Of a DNA stretch of 64,000 bases, positions 58,401-64,000 are shown piece by piece. Below the pieces are notes generated by a model, which worked only from the letters and a program-made list of their open reading frames with translations, did not search any database and had not been told where the DNA came from. The translations under genes were made by a program, and so were the position numbers. This DNA is from Propionibacteriaceae bacterium (GTDB lineage Bacteria > Actinomycetota > Actinomycetes > Propionibacteriales > Propionibacteriaceae), in contig JAISJP010000003.1 in assembly GCA_031261455.1 (NCBI GenBank), forward strand, positions 4,024 through 68,023, written 5' to 3'. How positions within the stretch are numbered: position 1 is the first letter of the stretch; every line of letters begins with the position of its first letter.

Positions 58401-58650
58401 GGTTGTTGCGGTAGGCATCCCAATCGCGATCCGAGTAGTCGGACGTGGGGATTCCGTCGATAATCAGGTTGCCCGAATCGTAGTGATCAAGCCCGCCGAT
58501 GATGTTCAGCAGCGTGGTTTTGCCGGAACCGGACGGCCCCAGAATTGCGACAAACTCATTGTCGCGGAACCCCATAGACACGCCATCGAGTGCGGTCTGA
58601 GAAAACCCCGCAGTCACGTAGGTTTTCCGGACGTTCTCTAGGACCAGCAT
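55441..58650 (-). CDS. fused ABC ATPase / FtsX-type permease (MacB-like) with very large extracytoplasmic region
   Basis: N-terminal [28 protein letters not shown]. Central ~650 aa non-membrane region with a Pro-rich stretch PPPSPSPSPTAPPTVLPTVLP. C-terminal FtsX TMs. Confidence 0.85.
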   Translation of the reverse strand: MLVLENVRKTYVTAGFSQTALDGVSMGFRDNEFVAILGPSGSGKTTLLNIIGGLDHYDSGNLIIDGIPTSDYSDRDWDAYRNNRIGFVFQSYNLIPHQTVLANVELALTLSGVDRETRRERAIQALTDVGLADHVHKLPSQLSGGQMQRVAIARALINDPEILLADEPTGALDSKTSVEVMALLTNIASDRLVIMVTHNPDLAAEYATRTVTLHDGSITTDTDPFDPAAEAEVRAAKPSKRTSMGFLTAISLSFMNLLTKKGRTLMTSFAGSIGIIGIAAILALANGVNAYIKSVEEDTLSLYPLSIYATGIDIGSMLGAATGDDSQPSASADPTRDPSVWANAEVREFQTMTRIFQRVGANDLASLKAFLDSPASGIKPYTNAIQYSYDLTPQIFSVANDKSVRQVNPNDMLSSLGMGSGASSSSLMSMFTSTDVFHALPSDVSLVQKQYDLVAGEWPKGDDELLLVLTSSGGLPDIALYAMGLRDPADFAEMLRKFANNEAVDLPTERLTFTYDEVMGITFKQVNAGDFYRYDATLGMWADQRADSAALQTLVSQGRTLNISGVVRASEDTTTVSMQPGLYYTDDLIGDVMTASANSQIVKSQMAHPDVNVFSGRTFAEEAKGDLLATFDFAQLISVDADALSRAFQVDPGALSFPSIDIDTSQLLASMPPIEVPDLMTLLSGVDLTGVVDQAKLAAVMGDILSGYLNELLGTMFPGVFPPPSPSPSPTAPPTVLPTVLPSIPTGDEIAASFEEYLNRPEVQAKLAAGLAGAIDSDQLQAEVSTALNSYMQSLMASMMTSVANNLESQLNSYMSSAMGSMGSQLGSALNISPETITGAFKFNMTGEQMSQLMTSLMNTSYDSYDSNLRRLGYATLEKPSQIDIYPIDFESKQRIVEILDGYNAAQKATGEDTKVITYTDLVGTLMTSVTDIIDKISMVLVAFVSISLVVSSIMIGVITYISVLERRKEIGILRAIGASKRDIANVFNAETLIVGAVAGAMGVGITLILAAIANVIIEQRFDIVDIARLSPTSGLVLIAVSMGLTFIAGLIPSSAASRSDPVESLRSE

Positions 58651-58778
58651 GGTGCCCCCAACCGGCGCGAATTGCAGCGCGCTATTTCAATCGCCACAAT
58701 TCTACAGTGCTGCAAGGTGCAACCAGTTAGCTCACAGCAATTAACATGACAGCGCTCTATCCGAGTAAGCCCGAGTCC

Positions 58779-59258
58779 TCAGGCGATGTCGAGTTTCGCG
58801 GCGAGACGGTCGACGTGACCGGTGGCGCGGACGTTGTACTCGGCAAGCTCGACGTGTCCCACGCCATCTTGGTCCACAGCGACGACGAAGGTGGATCGAA
58901 TGATGCCTTCCATCTTCTTGCCGTAGAGCACTTTGGTGCCCCAAGCGCCGTACGCTTCGATGACCGCGCGATCCGGGTCGGCCAACAGCGTGACGGACAG
59001 GTCCTTGGCGTCCGCGAACTTAGCCAACTTGGCCGGGTTGTCCGGTGAAATGCCAACAATGTCGTACCCGGCGTCCGCGAAAGCCTGCTGGCGCGACGTG
59101 AAATCGACCGCCTCCAGCGTGCAGCCCGGCGTCAGTGCGGCAGGATAAAAGTAGACAATGACCTTGCGACCAACATAATCGCGCAGGCTGACGGGCGTGT
59201 TGGTGGAGTCGGGGAGGGAGAACTCGGGGGCGGTGTCGCCAGCTTGGAGGTTTGCCAT
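58779..59258 (-). CDS. bcp: thioredoxin-dependent thiol peroxidase (Bcp-type peroxiredoxin)
   Basis: VIVYFYPAALTPGCTLEA active-site motif. 159 aa. Confidence 0.85.
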   Translation of the reverse strand: MANLQAGDTAPEFSLPDSTNTPVSLRDYVGRKVIVYFYPAALTPGCTLEAVDFTSRQQAFADAGYDIVGISPDNPAKLAKFADAKDLSVTLLADPDRAVIEAYGAWGTKVLYGKKMEGIIRSTFVVAVDQDGVGHVELAEYNVRATGHVDRLAAKLDIA

Positions 59259-59438
59259 AACCCCATCCTAGGTTCAATCGTGCGCGAGTTGGCCGAATCC
59301 CCACATCTCCACAGGTAATGCTCAGTGTGACGACACAAGTGCATCAACACCAAGATCGCGCGCTTGGTTGTAGTCTTGAGGGTGACAGGACGCGCCGCTC
59401 ACGGCGGCGAGCAACCGCGAACACGGAGGTTTCTTCAT

Positions 59439-59729
59439 ATGGCTACACCGAACACGGCCGCGATCATCGCCGACATCACCGCCACCCGCGCGCGCCTGCA
59501 ACAAAGCGTCGAGGGCTTAGTCTCGCAGGTCCACCCCGAAGCCATCAAAGGCACCATTGGGGACGCCGCCACCGAGGCCGTCGAGGCGCGCGTGGCCTGC
59601 GCCAAAGCCCTAGTGGTAGACGAAGCCGGAATTCGCTGGGACAAGATCGGCACCTACGCCATCGTTGGCGCGGGAGTCGTCATCTCCCTGCTGCTGCTCA
59701 AAGGCGTCGGACGCCTATTCCGCGCCTGA
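59439..59729 (+). CDS. DUF3618 domain-containing protein
   Basis: ORF 59364..59729, likely start ATG 59439 after GGAGGT. IIADITATRARLQQSVEGL N-terminus and a C-terminal TM. Confidence 0.6.
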   Translation: MATPNTAAIIADITATRARLQQSVEGLVSQVHPEAIKGTIGDAATEAVEARVACAKALVVDEAGIRWDKIGTYAIVGAGVVISLLLLKGVGRLFRA

Positions 59730-59793
59730 TTTCGCGTGCGAATGCTCCACGCGCTAACATTGTTGCCTGAGTGAGAGGCAACTCTTACCCCTA

Positions 59794-59866
59794 GCACCAC
59801 TAGCTCAACTGGCAGAGCAACAGACTCTTAATCTGTGGGTTCAGGGTTCAAGTCCCTGGTGGTGTA
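59794..59866 (+). tRNA. tRNA-Lys (anticodon CUU)
   Basis: Manual cloverleaf: acceptor GCACCAC/GTGGTGT (G1-U72 wobble), D stem GCTC/GAGC, anticodon stem ACAGA/TCTGT with loop CTCTTAA, T arm CAGGG-TTCAAGT-CCCTG, discriminator A. No encoded CCA. Confidence 0.8.
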
Positions 59867-59869
59867 CTC
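59853..59869 (+). repeat. 17-bp direct repeat copy 1 (tRNA-Lys 3' end), att-like
   Basis: tccctggtggtgtactc is identical to 60930..60946. Confidence 0.9.
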
Positions 59870-60032
59870 TCCGCCTCCGTCTTGTCTGGGGGCGATTCCT
59901 GTTTCCAACCACGGACGAGGAGGCCCAGCAACTTGGCCTCGGTGCGCTAGGTGCTCTCGTCAGGGTCGCGGTCACGCGGGCATCCGCAGCGCTAAGGGAC
60001 GGGGGATGGCATGGTTGTTCGCCTTGTTCCAG

Positions 60033-60752
60033 TCAAGAAGCGCAACGCCCACCTTCGCGCCTGATTTCTTCCGCTAGTTCGTCGATCTTGCGTTCTAACT
60101 CGACGATCTGAACATTCGCAGCACTCTGGGCCTTGGAATCATCGACCTGCTCCACTAGCCACGAGGCCAACATCGCGGTTACGACGCCCAGAAGGGCCAT
60201 CCCGCCAGCCATCAAGCAAGCCGCGACAATGCGCCCCGTCGTGGTTAGGGGGAACGTGTCACCATAGCCGACCGTTGTAATGGTCGTCACGGCCCACCAC
60301 AGGCCGTCACCAAAGCCTTGAATCATGGCATCAGGTTGACCACGCTCGGCATCAGTGATCGCAAGCGCGCCGCACACAACGAGTAGGACTACGCCACCTG
60401 TTGCGTAGACAGCAACCTTCCCCCTCAGACTATGCGAACCGGTGCGATTCAATACGCCGATCAGCGTCACCAATCGCAGCAATCGTAGCGGACGAAGCAT
60501 CGGGAGTATCAGTATGACAAGGCTAGGCAGATTGGTGTAGAACCATCGCCAGCGTTGCTCTGAGAGGCCCAGCCGCGCCAAGTAATCGATGCCGAACACG
60601 GCCCAAGTTATCCAAACAGCTATCTGACATGTTTGCGCTAGACGCACCGGCAGGTCAACCCAGATGATTGGAGCGGCATACGCGACTAGGAATACCACTG
60701 CGATTGCTTGTAGGGCGGCTTCTGATCGAGATTCCCACCGTTCCAACGTCAT
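60033..60752 (-). CDS. voltage-gated-like potassium channel protein
   Basis: Selectivity filter TTVGYGD. S4-like RPLRLLRLV. Confidence 0.85.
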   Translation of the reverse strand: MTLERWESRSEAALQAIAVVFLVAYAAPIIWVDLPVRLAQTCQIAVWITWAVFGIDYLARLGLSEQRWRWFYTNLPSLVILILPMLRPLRLLRLVTLIGVLNRTGSHSLRGKVAVYATGGVVLLVVCGALAITDAERGQPDAMIQGFGDGLWWAVTTITTVGYGDTFPLTTTGRIVAACLMAGGMALLGVVTAMLASWLVEQVDDSKAQSAANVQIVELERKIDELAEEIRREGGRCAS

Positions 60753-60776
60753 GGGAGAATTGTACGCGCAGGCGAA

Positions 60777-60995
60777 CTAGGCGGCAGTGTGTAGCTCTGG
60801 GGCGGAGTTCACGGCATCCCTGAGCGAGTCCGCACATAACTGCACGTAGACGGCTGTCGTACTGGGGGACTCGTGGCCAAGCAACGGCTGCACTTGAAGC
60901 AGGTCATGATTGCGGGAGAACACTTCGGTTCCCTGGTGGTGTACTCGTCGGGCTTTGCCCTCCTTAACGCTCTCGGCACCGGGGACAGCAGCAGA
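60777..60995 (-). pseudogene. tyrosine recombinase (phage-integrase family) C-terminal remnant
   Basis: Manual translation gives ...VKEGKARRVHHQGTEVFSRNHDLLQVQPLLGHESPSTTAVYVQL...*. This matches the GKGxKxRxV and LLGHxSxxTTxxY box II region with internal loss. No start or N-terminal domain. Confidence 0.5.
60930..60946 (+). repeat. 17-bp direct repeat copy 2 (duplicate of tRNA-Lys 3' end), att-like
   Basis: tccctggtggtgtactc. Lies inside the integrase remnant. Confidence 0.9.
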
Positions 60996-61001
60996 CTTCG
61001 C

Positions 61002-61034
61002 AAATGATAGAATGATATTATCATTCTATCATTT
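61002..61034. promoter_or_regulatory. 33-bp perfect AT-rich palindrome (16-1-16) upstream of the second Fic gene
   Basis: AAATGATAGAATGATA-t-TATCATTCTATCATTT, ending 46 nt before the ATG at 61081. Confidence 0.6.
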
Positions 61035-61080
61035 AGTCATTCAGTGATTACTGTGATGCTCCTCAGACGAAAGGCACGCT

Positions 61081-62208
61081 ATGTTGTATAGAGCTCCGAC
61101 ACTTGGGAGTTACGAACTAGACAAGCTCGCAGAGATTGAAGCTCTGCGAGCGGACTTGAAGTACCAATTGGCGACTCCTCGTCGGTGGAATGGGACACTT
61201 CGTCGCTTGGTGGTGGCCCAAAACACCAAAGGGTCCAACTCGATCGAGGGCATCCACTCTTCTGTGGACGACGTGCTGGCGGTCATGGGAAACCAGACCC
61301 CGCAAGAGACAACCGAAGCAGACGCAGCAGACATCAGAGGTTATCAACAAGCGATGACCTACGTCTTGGAACTCTCGAATGACGCGACCGCTGGCATTCG
61401 TCATGGCATTTCGTCTGACTTTCTGTGTGCCCTGCACTTCATGCTCACCAGCAGCCACCTGGAGGCACGTCCGGGACGGCCTCGCCTAGGTCAGGTCTAT
61501 GTGGTGGACGAGAGTAACGGCGAGACGCTGTATGAAGCCCCCAAAGCTAGCCAACTGCCCAAACTCATGGACGAACTGACGACCGGCGTGAACCTGGCCC
61601 TCGACGAGGCGACAGACGGAAACATCGTCACTGCAGCGATGGCACACTTCAACTGTGTCGCTATCCACCCCTTCAAGGACGGAAACGGCCGAGTTTCACG
61701 GATTCTGCAGAGCTTTGTGCTGGGACAGACGACCAGCACAGTGCCCCCGGAGTTCATGAGTGTCGAAGAGTATCTGGGCGCTCACACGAGCGACTACTAT
61801 GCCATCTTGCAACTAACTCACGGCAGGGCGTTCAAGCCAAAGACTGCGGACACTAGAGCGTGGGTGCGTTTCATACTGGACGCTCATGTCGAGCAGGCGA
61901 CGCTCAGGAAGCAACAAGCAATCAGGGCTGAACACGTCTGGTCGCGTCTGTTGACACTCCAAGGCGAGCTTCCTGTGCTGAGCACTCTGGAGCGGGCGCT
62001 ACCTGCCCTGTTTGACGCCATCTGCGGCATCCAAGTCCGCACATCCACCTATGTGGACTCAGTAACAGAGTCTGGAGAAAGCATTGCTGAGCAGACGGCA
62101 ACTCGCGACATCCGTCGTCTTCTCGACGCCGGACTCTTGGTGTCTCACGGTCAGACCAGAGGACGTTTCTACACCGCCTCTGAATATCTGATGAACGCCG
62201 TTCTCTAG
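61081..62208 (+). CDS. Fic family protein (putative AMPylase) with N-terminal inhibitory helix
   Basis: HPFKDGNGRVSR Fic motif. SNSIEG inhibitory motif. By eye lower GC than flanking genes. Confidence 0.85.
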   Translation: MLYRAPTLGSYELDKLAEIEALRADLKYQLATPRRWNGTLRRLVVAQNTKGSNSIEGIHSSVDDVLAVMGNQTPQETTEADAADIRGYQQAMTYVLELSNDATAGIRHGISSDFLCALHFMLTSSHLEARPGRPRLGQVYVVDESNGETLYEAPKASQLPKLMDELTTGVNLALDEATDGNIVTAAMAHFNCVAIHPFKDGNGRVSRILQSFVLGQTTSTVPPEFMSVEEYLGAHTSDYYAILQLTHGRAFKPKTADTRAWVRFILDAHVEQATLRKQQAIRAEHVWSRLLTLQGELPVLSTLERALPALFDAICGIQVRTSTYVDSVTESGESIAEQTATRDIRRLLDAGLLVSHGQTRGRFYTASEYLMNAVL

Positions 62209-62242
62209 CGCGCTCCAGCGCCAACAAAGGTAGGCTTGGACC

Positions 62243-63316
62243 GTGGCATTAACCATTGGAATCGTCGGACTGCCGAATGCGGGCAAGTCAACTCTGTTCA
62301 ACGCGCTGACTCGCAACAATGTGCTGGCGGCCAACTATCCGTTCGCCACCATTGAGCCGAACGTGGGCGTGGTCGGGGTGCCGGACAAGCGGCTGGGTGT
62401 GCTGTCGGACATGTTCAACTCGGAGCGGATCGTCCCCGCAACCGTGTCGTTTGTGGACATCGCGGGCATCGTCAAGGGCGCGTCACACGGCGAAGGCATG
62501 GGCAATGCTTTTCTGTCCAACATCCGCGAGGCTGACGCCATCTGCCAGGTGACGAGGGTGTTTACTGACGACGACGTCACGCACGTTGATGGTGCGGTTA
62601 ACCCAAGTTCAGACATTGAGACGGTCACCACCGAGCTTGTGCTAGCTGACCTACAGACCATGGAGAAGGCGCTCCCCCGTCTTGAGAAGGAAGCCAAGAT
62701 CAAGAAAGAGTCCCGTCCCAAGTATGACGCGTGGGTGAAGGCGAACGAGGTGCTCGAATCCGGGCAGACCATCTTTGCCGCCGGACTCGACCCCGCCCCC
62801 TTGCGTGACCTCTGGCTGCTGAGCGCCAAGCCGTTCATCTACGTCTTCAACTGCGACCAGGACGAACTGGCCGACGAGGCCTTGCGCGGGCGGATGAGTG
62901 CCATCGTCGCCCCCGCCGAGGCGATCTTCCTTGATGCCAAATTTGAGTCCGAGCTGGTGGAGATGGAACCAGACGAGGCCAAAGAGTTCCTATCCGAGAT
63001 GGGCGTCGAAGAGCCCGGCCTAGACAAGCTCGCGCGCGTCGGTTTCGCAACGCTGGGCCTGCAAAGCTTCCTCACTGCTGGCCCCAAGGAGTCCCGCGCC
63101 TGGACAATCCACCAAGGCTGGACCGCCCCCGAAGCTGCAGGCGTCATCCACACCGACTTCCAGAAGGGCTTCATCAAAGCCGAGATCGTCTCCTACGACG
63201 ACCTAGTCGCTTTGGGCTCCCTCCCCGCGGCCCGCTCTGCCGGCAAGGCTCGAATCGAAGGCAAAGACTACGTCATGGCCGACGGCGATGTGGTCGAGTT
63301 CCGTTTCAACGTCTGA
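62243..63316 (+). CDS. ychF: redox-regulated ATPase YchF
   Basis: GTG start. GIVGLPNAGKST P-loop. C-terminal TGS-like KDYVMADGDVVEFRFNV. Confidence 0.95.
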   Translation: MALTIGIVGLPNAGKSTLFNALTRNNVLAANYPFATIEPNVGVVGVPDKRLGVLSDMFNSERIVPATVSFVDIAGIVKGASHGEGMGNAFLSNIREADAICQVTRVFTDDDVTHVDGAVNPSSDIETVTTELVLADLQTMEKALPRLEKEAKIKKESRPKYDAWVKANEVLESGQTIFAAGLDPAPLRDLWLLSAKPFIYVFNCDQDELADEALRGRMSAIVAPAEAIFLDAKFESELVEMEPDEAKEFLSEMGVEEPGLDKLARVGFATLGLQSFLTAGPKESRAWTIHQGWTAPEAAGVIHTDFQKGFIKAEIVSYDDLVALGSLPAARSAGKARIEGKDYVMADGDVVEFRFNV

Positions 63317-63611
63317 GTACCATCTCGCGGTAGCTCACGGTACGTGGGGCACGCCAAGACTCTCTTACACCCACCAGTGACACTGAGTACTTGGACAGCG
63401 TTACTAGCGCCTTATTTCAAGATAGCGCCTCAAGTTGAAGTAAGGACAAGAACGAACTGAACCTCTCAAGCCGCTCTCGTTCCAAGGAACCTAGAAGCTG
63501 CAGAGAGCCTTGCCTGTCCGGGCAAGTTCGATGTCGCACAGCAATCAGCGATTGACAATGTTCAATAGTTGGCTTAGAGTGGCCAAAAATGAACTTATGG
63601 AGGAAAACCCC

Positions 63612-64000
63612 ATGAAAAAGACACCTGCGCTGGCCTTGGCTGTTGCCTTGACCCTGACAACGCCTCTTGCCGCCTGTTCGAGTGACGACGGTGGTGACAC
63701 GAAGAGGCCATCGGTGCTGATCTACTCCGGCGCGGAGGATTACCGCAACGCCGTTTTCCAAGAGTCGTTGAACGCCCAGTTCCCCGACTATGACATCTAC
63801 ATTGAGTACATGTCCACGGGTGACATGGCCGCAAAGGTGGTGGCCGAAGGGTCCAACACCGAAGCCGACATCATCTTCGACATTGAGGCCGGCAACGTCC
63901 CGAAGGTCTCCCCATTCTTGGCAGACTTGTCCGGCTATGACACCTCGGTCTTCACCGATGACATGATCATTCCGGGCAACAAGGTGCTGCCGGAGGTGCG
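63612..64000 (+). CDS. ABC transporter substrate-binding lipoprotein (family-1 solute-binding, iron(III)/polyamine-like), 5' part only
   Basis: Open at window end so not in track. GGAGGA SD, MKKTPALALAVALTLTTPLAACSSDD lipobox, then SVLIYSGAEDYRNAVFQESL. Confidence 0.65.
   Translation, partial: MKKTPALALAVALTLTTPLAACSSDDGGDTKRPSVLIYSGAEDYRNAVFQESLNAQFPDYDIYIEYMSTGDMAAKVVAEGSNTEADIIFDIEAGNVPKVSPFLADLSGYDTSVFTDDMIIPGNKVLPEV

Noticed and set aside
63417-63761. 114-aa minus-strand ORF and an imperfect palindrome ATTGACAATGTTCAAT in the lower-GC region upstream of the terminal binding-protein gene. A possible riboswitch was also considered.
   Set aside because: The ORF overlaps the start of the lipoprotein gene and has no family resemblance. 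No TPP or other riboswitch core motifs were seen. The palindrome is imperfect (5 of 6 per arm).

Overview
High-GC actinobacterial (Actinomycetales-like) chromosomal window. I saw no rRNA, CRISPR array or intact transposase or integrase.

Most of it is conserved housekeeping sequence:
- Nucleoside and nucleotide salvage: punA plus a phospho-sugar mutase, cdd plus a BMP-type nucleoside ABC importer, pyrE and hpt.
- metG and rnhA.
- clpB with an HspR/HAIR-type operator.
- The tilS / metalloprotease / dacB / ppa block.
- The pth / rplY / prs / glmU block.
- bcp, tRNA-Lys and ychF.

Four accessory patches interrupt this core:
1. 1-4.9 kb: a DUF4143 ATPase, a Fic protein, DUF2625, and decayed AlbA_2-like and RhuM-like genes.
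2. 35.7-39.8 kb: an insertion between prs and a glmU that appears truncated at its 3' end. It carries an AAA/PD-(D/E)xK-type ATPase and an EcoRI-family N6-adenine methylase. The methylase overlaps a DUF262-HNH nuclease by 11 nt. Upstream of the methylase is a perfect 11-copy heptanucleotide repeat embedded in a short leader ORF. 23-bp iteron-like repeats sit at the insert edges. This is my best candidate for a non-canonical, possibly phase-variable restriction-modification or defence module.
3. 47.1-55.1 kb: a P19/FTR1 iron-uptake operon with DUF2318, two FtsX permeases, an ABC ATPase and an ApbE + FMN-binding lipoprotein pair. It sits next to a pstB remnant and a SenX3/RegX3-like two-component system.
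4. 59.8-62.2 kb: a tRNA-Lys-associated relic with a 17-bp att-like duplication, a K+ channel gene, an integrase remnant and a second Fic gene behind a 33-bp perfect palindrome.

All calls come from reading the supplied translations and the sequence by eye. No database searches were run.
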